Source: Obrimoposthia wandeli (Eukaryota). Taken from it: a DNA stretch of 64,000 bases. The notes under the pieces are model-generated. The model did no database searches, was not told the DNA's origin, and worked only from the letters and a program-made list of their open reading frames with translations. Positions within the stretch are counted from its first letter, which is position 1. Each line of letters starts with the position of its first letter. The position numbers and the translations under genes were made by a program. Positions 11,391 through 23,386 of this stretch are shown here, piece by piece. The DNA is taken from NCBI GenBank assembly GCA_977020255.1, contig CDROCS010000194.1, positions 1,178,001 to 1,242,000 on the forward strand. The letters run 5' to 3'.

Positions 11391-14335
11391 TTGATAAACT
11401 AATCGAAGTATTCAGCATGAATGGGACCATATTTCAAGGGACAATTGCAGGAAAGTTCGACGAAGTATTTAAAAGAGATGTAGATATTGTGTTGAGAGTA
11501 ATAGAAATCAGTTTTAACGTTTGCAGATACCCAGAAGTACTTATTTGTAAGGTGTCGTAAGTTTGGATAACGGTTCCGATATTTTGCGAGAACCTTATGC
11601 GAATATCCCAAGACAACGGCTTAACGACACTTTTGCTTTTCAAGAGCATAAATTCCAAAGGTAGATTTATCTTGTTGGCCAAGTAAATTTCCCTACATCA
11701 AAACTTTTGAAATTAAAAACGCCACAACCACCTCATATAATTCAAATATCCGCTGCAATAAAATTAGGTAGAATCAATTTAAAAATTTTCATTTTAGAGG
11801 TCCTCAATGATTTCCATCTAAGTTTAGAATTCCTTGTGGAAAATGATTGGAAACTCAAAACTTAAGCTACATTTCAATGTATCACGTCAACCAACAAAAC
11901 TGAACGTCAGCAGCGGTATAAATGAAGAGAATTTGTTTAAAAAATATAAAGAAAACACCACCAAAATCAAAACAATAACAATCCGGTGATACATTTGCTA
12001 GAAATCATAAATTTACAATGTAATTGTCAAAAGAAATAACGGTAAAAATAAAACAGAAAATCACAAATCAGTCACATATATATCCGAAGACATTTTAGGC
12101 ACCAAAAAATCTGAAATCGTCAATCAAAAATAGCATTTTAATAATTAATACTTACACAAACATCAGAAATATAATAAACATATTCCAAATACCGATAAAT
12201 ACTCTGAAATAACGAAGACTCTTGAGAAACTCTTTCAACTTGAAACCTATTTGTTGGATAAGCACATTTTTACTAATATATATTACCAATAGAATTATCT
12301 GGTACTAAATCATATTGACGGTCACTTTTGCTAAAAAAAAACAATCAAGAAACTAAATATAGAAAATCTTACTAATTAAAATTAAGGACAGCACATCCAT
12401 TTATAAATAATGTTCTAAAGTTATATAAAAGCAAAATGTCGAAAGAGATCTTACAATGCTACAATAATATTAGACAACATATTATTTTTTTCAAATTGTT
12501 ACAAAAATGTACCAAAAAACCCAACAATTAGCAATAAAATTAAAGCTTTTCTTTCGGTAATGAAAAATAATTATGAAATAAGCTACTTTTAAAAGACAAT
12601 AGTTAGATAAAAACAATATTAACTTTGATAGTATTAAAATTTCAAAAAAATATTCATGGATTAGTACATTTTAAGTTATTTTTGCAGTTTTGTTATTTAT
12701 TTATTTAAGCTCAAAATCATACCTATTCAAAAAATAATCAAAAAGTTAACAAGGAAAAATATTTTAAAATGCAAATGTAGTTTGAATGAAATATTAAACA
12801 TATAAATTTTATTCATCTGTAAATTTCTATAACTTTATTAATATTTTTTTCAACATTTTCCAAAATATTGTCCAATTTGCTTAGATAAGTATTACTGAGA
12901 TATAATTACACATTAATTACAAATAAGGTATGTGATATATATTAAATATTTTAAAATGAAATTTATCTTAGTTAAGTGGTTTCTGAGGTTGTGACAACAC
13001 TTTCTGAGTATTTCCAGAGTATTGTAAAGGTAAATATTATATTTTCTGGTATTTCAATTTTTTCCAAAAGTATTGGTCAACAATTTTTATAATACAAAAA
13101 TTCAATTTTTAATCCGTTCCAATTTTTCGGCAGTCAGAGCATATACTCTGATCATTTATTGCACCCACAGTTTCTGAAAATCTATGCAGTCTAAAGCAAT
13201 TCCACTGGGTACAAGTATGTTCTATCATTTTACTTGCGATTCGTATTTTAATCTTCTTTCTTTCTGCAGCTAAATATTTGTAAGCCTGGAAAAGTTAGTT
13301 GTTGTCAGTATTACAGAACCAAGGCCCCCCACACTAATGACATAGAGTTCTACCATTTTGTCACTATTATCTTTCGTCGTATTCTCGACTAGATTCTGAT
13401 ATTTATCCACTGCTTCGTTGTAACCATTATTTTGACTCATATAACTCAAAGGGAAGTTACATCATTACTATAAAATGTAATAAATTTTATGAATCTATTT
13501 GTTCTATCACCAATTCCAAAATTTTGGTTAGAAAACTTAACTTTTGATTTTAAGATATGTTTACTGGGATATTATTGCTAGTGTTTAAAAACACATATAA
13601 TTAAATGCAGCGTATTATTAATTGAATTGTAACATTTATTTACACGATTTATTTTTTGGTTTAAGGACTCAATTTGGTTGTTAGGTTTTCAAACTTTGAA
13701 ATAAAATTTCAAATCGAGTATTAAATTTTTGTTCAGTTACATTGGATATATATATAAATAATTTTACTTTTTAAAAGTTTTTGAAGAAAAATTTTAAAAT
13801 GCTTTGAAAAATTTAATTTTAATTCGTATATATTAAAACATTTTCTAATTATAAAATTTATATTTTTAGTTTTTTGCACAAAACTGTTTGATTTTAATTA
13901 AATGTGCTACTTTAAATTATAAAACAAAATATCGAAAACCATAAATTGCCAATTTTTTGAAAATGTTTGTCATTTGATTTCATAAAACAATATAAATTTA
14001 TCAATTAAATAAGTATTATAAAAAATATTTTTGTTTAATATAAAGTAAATATGTTCGATGATTTTCAGTTTGTTATTTTCAAATAAACTTTGACATGATA
14101 CAATAAATAACGTAAATTTAAAAAAAATGTTTCTCTTCCTTTAAACTTTTATTTAATTTACAATTTTTTTTCTCACAAATATAAATTATTGATAAAATGA
14201 GAATTTATCATTTAACTTGTTACAATCACAAATCTTACAAAATGTATTTGGAATGTTTCTAGAAAATTAAAATATATTTAAAATCATCAATATGTTTATA
14301 AATAAAGTTATTGTCTGGATTTGAATTCAGAAATG

Positions 14336-15265
14336 TCAGCAGTCCCAAAAGATGGGCACATTAGAACGTGCAGGTATTGCCAGCCAGTATCGCAATCCGT
14401 GTTTCTCTAGAAAAGCTGTAACTAAGCAGCCTGACCCAGCAGGATCCTCAATATTCACAAACACGGGCTGAATTCCGGGTCCTGTAATTCTTTGCAGTAC
14501 AGCCACCGCGCCGGTCCACAGGCGCAGCTCCACAACACCTCCTTCCACTTCTCTGCAAAATCCGAACTCTCTCAGCAATTGTGTCTCTTCCACATCCTTG
14601 TTATTTGAATCACAGACCTCTGGTTTGATATCAGGACTGCTGAGGGAGGAAATAGTGCTCCTGTTGGCTTGTCCACGGCTACAACACTGACGGCAGATAC
14701 AGACAGCAATTGCCACAACCACTACAAGAGCACCCATAAGCATCAACCCAATCCAGAGACAGTAAAGTTTCACAATGCTCCACAGGTTCTGGACAGTGGG
14801 ATCATGTGCCTGATAGTTGAAACTCCGGCTCAGCTCAGGTGAGCTGATGCTTGAGTGGGCCACCAAATAGACGCGCATACTGCCGCCACTGATCTGTTGC
14901 TCGATAACCAAAGTCACCCGCTGAGTGCCGTGCTTGGTCACCACTTTCTTTAGCCAAAAGCTTTCACCCTGTGCTAATTTCCGATAGCCTTCGTAATCGT
15001 CAGGCTCGCTGCTGCTGTGGTAAAAACAGTTCCAGGAGCTTCTGTAGCCAAGGAAGGCAAAATCAGCACTGAACTTGTCGGGATTGAACTCTATCTGTAT
15101 TCTGAGACCGTGCACAACAGTTCTTTCGTCGATAACACTAGCAATTCGCTCGACACAGCCGAACTGGTAGCAGATCTTGTTATTTTGAAACCGGTATATT
15201 TGAGTCGAGAGTTTGTGACTCTCTGCCAAAGCCATGATCAGGGAAAAAATCAGAGTTGCTAACAT
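14336..15265 (-). CDS. Uncharacterised type I membrane protein, 309 aa, intronless
   Basis: Open frame in a GC-richer island; N-terminal signal-like MLATLIFSLIMALAES; hydrophobic LWIGLMLMGALVVVVAIAVCIC followed by RQCC. Confidence 0.7.
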   Translation of the reverse strand: MLATLIFSLIMALAESHKLSTQIYRFQNNKICYQFGCVERIASVIDERTVVHGLRIQIEFNPDKFSADFAFLGYRSSWNCFYHSSSEPDDYEGYRKLAQGESFWLKKVVTKHGTQRVTLVIEQQISGGSMRVYLVAHSSISSPELSRSFNYQAHDPTVQNLWSIVKLYCLWIGLMLMGALVVVVAIAVCICRQCCSRGQANRSTISSLSSPDIKPEVCDSNNKDVEETQLLREFGFCREVEGGVVELRLWTGAVAVLQRITGPGIQPVFVNIEDPAGSGCLVTAFLEKHGLRYWLAIPARSNVPIFWDC

Positions 15266-17455
15266 TGTTCCGGCTTGCTTGAATTGATCACTGTTTCAAT
15301 TATGAAAATGTTCATTGGAATTTATGAACAAATATCTAAAGCAAGCTGAAAAGAAATTGAAAAAAATCAAATTTGTTCCTGAATGAGAACTATATCACCG
15401 CAAATTTATTGTACTACTTGAATACGAAGAAATGTCAGCTGATAAGGTTCAGTAGCTGTTTTTAACGAGTTTTACATTGAGTAATCAAATCAGCCTCATT
15501 ATAAAATTATAAACTATTTTATATCGGCATGTTCAATCGATAGATTCCCTGAACTTTCTTATTCATTTTGAAACAATTCTGTTTGTGAACTTTTTAAATG
15601 CCATTATAGTTATTATGTATGTGAAATTACTTATATAAATAGGAAAACCATGTAATGCAAATATTAACACGTAGTTTTTGGCCAAAATTTTCAATAAAAC
15701 TTGAAAAAGGTAAAATGAAAATATGAAGAAATATTGATTTTCTTAATTATTTTAAACCTTCCGGTAAACATTTTTAAAAAATTATAAATTAATGAGTTTT
15801 AATATTTATTTGACGTAATTTAAAGGAAGTCAGGGAGCGTTTGATTTCGTATATATTTTCTAATTAAATGTATTTTTTAAAATCACTCATAGATTAAATA
15901 ATAAAATAATGGCAAATTAGTGATACTGAGTACTTGCTTTCATAAACGAATAGTGCTTTAAATTAAAATAATATTACTAGGATAGCCTTATTATTTCCCA
16001 ATCAAATGTCAAATCTGTTCGCCTAAAACGTTGTTCGAAATATACCATGTGTGCATTATCGATTGGTAGTAATATATATAATATAGATATAGATATATTT
16101 ATAGTTATTTCATATATAAAATTATTTACCTTATTTGCAAAAAACTTGCATTTTTCTATGTATAATTCAAATTGATATTTTTGACTGCTTTTTGTTTCGA
16201 CTTTTTTAGTGTTACCAAATTTCCCTATTTTGCTTAATTTTTAGCTATCTCAACACAATCAATACAGTAAATCGAATAAATAATCGAACGTTGAAGAAAA
16301 GGAACGATGGTTATTTGATGATGTTTGATTCAGCATTGTCTAAAACATTTATTATAAGAACTGTCATATACAACATCAGAGAACACTTGTAAAAGTCTGG
16401 ACTGAAAGTTTATTTCATTGCATTCCACAACAAATGACACCCTTTCAAATTCACCATGCCTATTTTTTAAAAAAATAAGAAGATGCCTTACAGATCATCC
16501 GTTCAGATCAAGAAAATGTACAACGGTAATATTGTTCAAGTCCAGAAACTGACAGTTAATTACAATGTTAAATTAAAAAGGCTCTATTTATAGCCCTGAT
16601 TAAGGACATACTAGAATCAAAATAAATTAAATAAATGTAGAAAATGTATATATAAATGTTTATTAAACTCTCAAATACATTTAATTAATTTCAGGTGACC
16701 TGGGATGATTACATTAGTCAGAGTCACTTGATGCTCCACGAGGAAAGCTGTGAATTCATATAGAAAATTATGTGACTGACTTTGCCACCAAATACAGCCA
16801 ACACAATATTGTGAAAATAGAGTCTGCTGCAAAATAAGTGATGAAAAGTTGTGTGGAAGAGAAAAGAGCGGCCAAAACAGAACAATCTCAAGGAGAAGGG
16901 ATACATCGTGTGAGGCAGCATATAGCTAGACCTCAAATATAAAACAGAACGACAATGAAAGATATCACCAGTTAGAAGACAAATCTAGAAACTGAATACC
17001 CGAAAATCAAACTGTGGACGACAAGTTATTAATTCTCAATTCACGCAATCAACAACCTTAAACAACCTTTGACGAGACCAAGTTCAGTACAGGTAATCAA
17101 AGACTCAGTCCAGTTTAAGTAAATTTTCATTTAAATTTAAATTTTCAAAATAAATTTAACATCGACTGCGAAAGTATTTTTTTGGATAAGTACCAATTAA
17201 ATCAAAGACGTGTAGCGGTCTCAATGTTTTGTTAAATTAAGTAGTATCTAGAAATTTTTGTCATATCTTGTATTCGATTCTCATTTTCTGTACCCAATAT
17301 TTGTTGAATTTGTGTGATTTTTAAATTGTATATATATAATTTAACTATTTTAAGATTATATCATTTCATTTGTGTTTTTAAAATTTAAACAACCCTCTAC
17401 ACATAACAACAACTTTTCAGATTTTGAGATTTCACAGAGCCATTCCACACAAATC

Positions 17456-19090
17456 AGTAGGTAGAAGTGCTCGTATAATAAACCTCCTCGGTAGGGATTA
17501 GACGCATCTATCCTTTATAAAGTGCATGGGTGTATGTAGTGAAATTTCGTGCACGAGTGAATGAATTTCACATCCGTCAAGGAGGAATCTAACTGATCGA
17601 AAATATATTCACATAGTTAGAAAATCACGGGAATTCAGATATATTTATTGACCTTATCAATATCGGTCAGAATCGACTTGTAGACGACGTTTAGATGAAA
17701 AATTTGTATAAATATATGACTACACCTATTACGCATGTTCAGAGTAAGTAGATGAAAAACAATGTAGATAAGACATAATATATATTTTTAAAATAAATAA
17801 CAAAGAATAAGAAAAAAAATTCAATACATTTTTTTAAATCAACACAAATATCAAATCTAAATATCATATTAGCTTCATTTAACATCCCAACCGTTTGTAT
17901 TTTTTTATCGCATCAATATAGTATCCATTAATACGTATTGAAATATTCCATTTTTCTCCTTTTAAATGTGGACCAATCAATTAACCAAGGTCATCTCTAA
18001 AAACAAGACTGGGATAACCTTCAATCTTGAAAGAATTACTTTCATATAAATAATCTGGTATGTAAGATTCTAAAATATTTTTGAACTGATCAATAAAAGA
18101 AAGAAATAAAGTAATATGGATATGAGAACGTTCAATTTTCACCTATGTAGTTTTTAAACAATTTCATTCTTTTTGTACCATAAATTCGAATTGTTATTAT
18201 CCATTGATTCTCTGTCCACAAATTCTCTTTTAAAAATGCTGAATCATTTCTTTGGATATAAAATTCGTTCTTGTCGAATTTTAAATTGGGAATTGATCTT
18301 TCAATTCTCAGTTAAATATATTGAAAATTTAACTTTTGGATATATTTGATATATATAATAGCTAAACTTTCTTCTATCAATTGTCACAGATTTACTTCTT
18401 CAAGAATCTGACTTTGTTATAGATTATTTTATCAGAATCTTTAAATTTTTCTACATATTCATAATCGCTCAGCATTTGTAGGCTATCTTCCACCATTGAT
18501 AATTATCTTTGATGTGAATGCATTTATAAGTATTTGTTCTCCAATTGCACTTCCTTTTATACTAATTTGTAACTAAGTCATAAATCTAATCGGTTAATAT
18601 AACTAAACTATAGAATTTGATTAGATGAAGTATGTTATCTTTCAATCAACCAATTATAATAGGTTTGCAAATTATTTACAAGAAATGTGCAATAAAAAAG
18701 CAGGTTCAGACATATATAAAGAAGAATTTACGGAAAACAATTTTAGTTTAATGAAACTCGTAATTATAAATTATAATGGCAGAATAGAAGATGATGTTTC
18801 GTACTTACCATTCAATGAGTGGAAGCCGAGACAATATGTGAAAATATTTGATGATTTTACAGTTGTTATTTTACCTTCAGATTAGTTTTCATTTCATTTT
18901 ATTTTCATATTCAATTTTCTAGGAAATTGCCATGTTATGGGATGTAAAACACCGTTTAATGAGATCAATTTAGCATTTGGAATTAAAATCAATCTCGGAA
19001 AAGTATTTTTGGCTGTCTTCCATAATTAATAATTGTCTTTATTTAGAATACATTTATAATGATTCGTTATCTTTTCTCCTTTAACGAATA
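17456..19090 (+). mobile_element. Third, diverged Polinton left-end remnant (TIR start, ORF A, ORF B, TBP-like gene), decayed
   Basis: Starts AGTAGGTAGAAGTG (cf. AGTAGGTGGATGTG); GTGCATG..GTAGTGAAATTTCGTGCAC TIR subunit at ~17522; ORF 18625..18885 matches TBP-like exon 1. Confidence 0.8.
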
Positions 19091-19419
19091 CATAAATATA
19101 TAGTTGGTTTATATAACTAAATCATTTCATTTTATTAGGCCAAATGATTTTTTAAAAACTAAAATTGATTGAAAGAAATATGCTTTCATCGAATTTGAGA
19201 TTAAAAATAAGATGCATTTATAAAAAGATTATTCTATATATTATATTAATTATGAACTAAAACATGAACCATGATAATTTAATTTGCTCGATATAATTGA
19301 TATTTTAAATCTAATACAGTTAAATTTTGATTCCAAACATGTAAAATATTAATTGTGCACACAAAAAGTAACAAAAAAATTAACAAAATAACACTAAATT
19401 TATTAATAAAACAAAATTC

Positions 19420-19680
19420 TATAAATTTAGGCCTTGTTTCTGTAAAATTGAACAATAATGTTCTGTTATTGTTAAATAGAGACGATTTATAAACTCAATC
19501 TCTTCCACTTTATTTTATCACCAGTAACATAAATTCTTTGCCATAATTCGTTCACAGTCGTTATATCTGGTCCATCATAAACCATATATTTTAGTTTCTT
19601 CAATACCCATTATATAATGGATATGTCAAGAATTTATGGAGGTAATTGGAGAAAATTCCTGTTAAGGTCTAGAAACGGAT
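19420..19680 (-). mobile_element. Tc1/mariner transposase C-terminal remnant
   Basis: Minus-strand frame WVLKKLKYMVYDGPDITTVNELWQRI resembles the W..LK..VY...T..EL..RI tail of Tc1/mariner transposases. Confidence 0.4.
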
Positions 19681-21023
19681 AATAAATTAAAGAATAAAAA
19701 ATTAATTGGCCGTATCTATAGTTTTGGCCATGGACATTTTAGGAAACTTGCAAATTAAAATTAAATTAAAAAAAAGGAAATGATAATAAAAACAAGAAAA
19801 AATGTGGAGTTAATTAGCCTCAGGTGACCTGTAACTCTATTATTAATGGAGCCATTTGAGGCACCACAACACGTGTGAATGTAGCAGACAAAAGAAACTA
19901 CCTCATATTGCAGGAAAATTTAGGATAGAGCAATCACAGAAGCATTAAAAAAACTGTGAAATTAAACGTGAAAGAAGCCAATTCGATACCTTGACAGAAA
20001 TAAAAGATCAGTGTTAACTGACAACGATTCACAAAAAATAAAAAGAAAGAAAACACGACAAACGAAAAGAAAGTTAACATAAACATAAGAAAATACAAAA
20101 ATACAAAAGAAGACCCAAGCCAATATTGACCTTATCAACTTACAAGTGAAGATCGAAACGAAGAGAACCAATTCGTTTAGAAAGAACCGTATTAAAAAAG
20201 GCAAGTGAATCTCGGAAACTAGATTAACACACTTTTTTATAAATTAAATCGACTAATTACATTTAAACTAAACTAAAATCTTAATACCCTGTACTGCTAA
20301 CAATTTTCATAGGATTAAAATCTCTGATCAGTAACGGTCACCATTTTGTCGAATTTCCAAAGACCATCATTGGGCTTAGGAACAAACATACTATATAACT
20401 GAATTTGAGACGCGGTTTTATAACCTGTTTATCGTAAGTGATCTGCATGGAACAATTTTAGTATTGCACAAAACAATATGATTATGTTTTTGACAATTAT
20501 TTGTACCCAATTGTCTTTAGTGAATTATATTGTTAAAATAATTAGTGTTCTATATTTCTGTACATTTACAAATAAAGTTACTAGATATACATCGTGAGGC
20601 ACCCAACCATATATAACCACACAGTAATCAATAATAAGAAAGAACTGTACCGTAGGTTTCAATAAGAAAGGACAAATGACCTTCAGATATATGAATCAAT
20701 TCTTCCCTACAAGCCCTATACCTGTTAAGAACTCACGCACCAAAAGCTTCATTAAGAAGTGAAATAATTCAGCTCCTAACATATTGAAGATTATGTTTAA
20801 CCAATATAGATCTGGGAGTGGGATCCTTGTATTGCTAAAGGCAAAATTCGTTCTGATAGAAAGAAGAGGGTCCAGATAAAATATAAGATGGTAAGAAATC
20901 CCGATATTTCACAATTGATATTGTCATCTATTTTAATTATTAAAAGCGATAGTTTCGTGAATTATAATCCAAATTAAAATTATTAGAGAACTGAGATAAT
21001 GTTTATAAGACGAAGGTATATAA

Positions 21024-21487
21024 AGTAGGTGGATGTGTCCAGTCTAATCCACACCCCCTCCCCTTGTCCTTTAAAACCGTGCATGTGTGTGGAGTGAAAT
21101 GTCGTGCATGTGTGTGGATTGAAATTTCACTCCACACACATGCACGGTTTTAAAGGACAGGGGGGGTCCAAAAACATTTTTTCGCGCCTATTGGCGCGAA
21201 AGGCTCGGGACTCGTGTATATCACTAACTACCTTGGGTGATGGGCGAATGTCTCGCTCTGGTGTATATCACTAACTACCTTGGGTGATGGGCGAATGTCT
21301 CGCTCTGGTGTATATCACTAACTACCTTGGGTGATGGGCGAATGTCTCGCTCTGGTGTATATCACTAACTACCTTGAGTGATGGGCGAATGTCTCGCTCT
21401 GGTGTATATCACAGACTACCTTGGGTGATGGGCGAAAGTCTCGGACTGCTGTATATCACAGACTTCCTTGGGTGAGGGGTGAAAGTG
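21024..21487 (+). repeat. Left TIR with a 36-bp-arm hairpin (21065-21159) and ~6 tandem 47-bp units (21214-21487)
   Basis: Unit GTGTATATCACTAACTACCTTGGGTGATGGGCGAATGTCTCGCTCTG starts at 21214, 21261, 21308, 21355, 21402 and ~21449. Confidence 0.95.
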
Positions 21488-21619
21488 ATGACTAAATATC
21501 CTTACATGTTAAATATCTATGTCAATTTTAGAATTTATAGGATAAAAAATCGGTCAGATCTATATAATTTAGAGGAGCAAAAACAAAATTCGAGACAAAA
21601 TTATTTTTCAAAATATTTA

Positions 21620-22141
21620 TTAAACATAAAACAACATATTGGCTTCACTCAAAGTCCAAATAGGCTGCATTTTCCCGTCATCAGCAAAATATTCATTGAG
21701 ACGTATTGAGATATTCCATAGTTCTTCATCTAGAATTGGAGCAATCAAATATCCTAGATCATCTTTAAAATCCAGACTGGGATCAGTTTCAAGCTCGAAA
21801 CAATTTCCTTCATATACATAATCAGGAATGTAAAATCCCAAAATATTTTTCAATTGATCAATATCAGATGTTGTTAAAATTTCGATGAGATATTTATTCT
21901 CCACTTTTGATATTTTCACAGGATTCATAACTCGTATAATTTGATGCCTCTTTAATATAATATATAGTTTTCCTTTTGAAATTCTTTCTGGATAATAAAA
22001 ATTTGCTACACATCTCAGAAGAGAATCCATTCTAAAATAAGGAAACTGATTAAAAAACAATGTATATAAAAAATACACATAAGATACATATAAGATACAA
22101 ATATTTAAAAAATAAAACTGATTATTAAATGAAAGAAACAT
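21620..22141 (-). CDS. Polinton orphan ORF A (likely start MDSLL at ~22030, ~136 aa)
   Basis: Open frame; homologues at 1440, ~17860-18130 and 61121. Confidence 0.75.
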   Translation of the reverse strand: MFLSFNNQFYFLNICILYVSYVYFLYTLFFNQFPYFRMDSLLRCVANFYYPERISKGKLYIILKRHQIIRVMNPVKISKVENKYLIEILTTSDIDQLKNILGFYIPDYVYEGNCFELETDPSLDFKDDLGYLIAPILDEELWNISIRLNEYFADDGKMQPIWTLSEANMLFYV

Positions 22142-22233
22142 AGTAAAACCGATTACAATTTATTACACGCAAAAGTTAAAACATAGAAATATGAGCACGT
22201 TCAATTTTCCACATAGGCAACTTTGTTCCGATT

Positions 22234-22653
22234 TCATCTTTTGTGTAGCCATAAAGTCGAATTGTTACAGGTCATTGCGACAGGAAACGCATCAATATCA
22301 ACATATCTTCCATAGTCATCTAGAAATGCTTCATCGGGTCCTCGGATATAAAATTCGTTCTTATTGAAAGTAAAATTCGGAACTGCCTTTTCAATTTTCT
22401 GTTTAAGATATTGAAAATCTGGTTTTTGAATATTTGATAGATAGTAGCTGAACTTTCTTCTTTCAATTGTCACAGGATTTACTAAAGCAATCAGTTGAGC
22501 CTTCTTCAAGAATCTGACTTTGTATTTGAAATATTGTTTCACTTCTTCATACATATCCTTATCCGATTCTTCAAACATTTCTGAATCTTCGTCACCGCTT
22601 AATACCCGTTGGCTATCCTCCATCGTTGATAATTGTCTTTGATATGAATGCAT
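22234..22653 (-). CDS. Polinton orphan ORF B (139 aa), distant paralogue of ORF A
   Basis: Open frame with TATAAAAG upstream; homologues at 818 and ~18200-18500. Confidence 0.75.
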   Translation of the reverse strand: MHSYQRQLSTMEDSQRVLSGDEDSEMFEESDKDMYEEVKQYFKYKVRFLKKAQLIALVNPVTIERRKFSYYLSNIQKPDFQYLKQKIEKAVPNFTFNKNEFYIRGPDEAFLDDYGRYVDIDAFPVAMTCNNSTLWLHKR

Positions 22654-22869
22654 TTATTATGATTTGTCCTCCAATGGCGCTTTCTTTTATACTAATTTCT
22701 AACAAAAACATGAAACTCATTGGTTAATATAACAAAAGCATTGAATTTGATTGGGCTAAATATATAATCCAATTATAATAGGTTTGCAAGATAATTACAA
22801 GAAACGTGCAATAAAAAAGCAGGTTCAGACATATATAAAGAAGATTTTACAGAATACAATTTTAGTCTA

Positions 22870-23381
22870 ATGAAACTCGTAAATATAAATTATAAAGGTA
22901 GAACAGAAGATGATGTTTCATACTTACCATTCTATGAATGGAAGCCGAGACAATATGTGGAAAAGTTTGACAATTTCACAGTTGTTATTTTTCCTACAGG
23001 TTAGTTTTTTTATTTCCATATTGAATTCTTTTAGGAAATTGTCGTGTTATGGGATGCAAAATATCAATGCTTGGGTTCAATTTACCATTTGGAATTCGAA
23101 TCACTGCAATACAATCAATCACGATTTCAGCTAATCTTGGGAAACAGATAAATCTTTTTAAAACTGCTGAGAAAATGAAAGAAGAATGCATGTTTGAACC
23201 AGAAATATTTCCTGCTCTCAGTTATTTGAAGTTTAAACCGCTATGTGTAAATATATTTTCCAGTGGTAAAGTTATGATATTGGAATTGAAAAGTTTTGAT
23301 TATCCAGACATTGTTGATTTGATTTTAGAAAATATATCTTATTACATCTTGTTATCTTTTTCTATAAACAAACCCGTTTAA
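22870..23381 (+). CDS. TBP (TATA-binding protein)-like protein, 158 aa, two exons (22870-22999, 23035-23381)
   Basis: Two TBP-like repeats: LVNINY...TVVIFPTGNCRVMG and IQSITISANL...FEPEIFPALSYLKFKPLCVNIFSSGKVMIL; a 35-nt GT-AG intron joins them in frame. Confidence 0.85.
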
Positions 23382-23386
23382 ACTTA

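Noticed and set aside
11400-13450. Possible LTR-retrotransposon integrase/gag traces (YPEVLI..DNG; GDTFARNH; CSDCRKIG)
   Set aside because: Motifs are too short and too broken to support a call without a profile search.
16685-20220. Shared motifs (CAGGTGACCTG, TGAGGCACCACAAC) at ~16690, ~19820, ~20590 and ~51640, possibly solo LTRs
   Set aside because: Boundaries, TG..CA ends and TSDs could not be established.
21017-21023. Exact 6-bp TSD for the central Polinton
   Set aside because: The left flank reads TATATA-A and the right flank is (TA)n, so the duplication is plausible but off by one base and was not asserted.
21214-21487. 47-bp repeats as a CRISPR array
   Set aside because: Units are contiguous with no unique spacers, there are no cas genes, and they lie inside a Polinton TIR.
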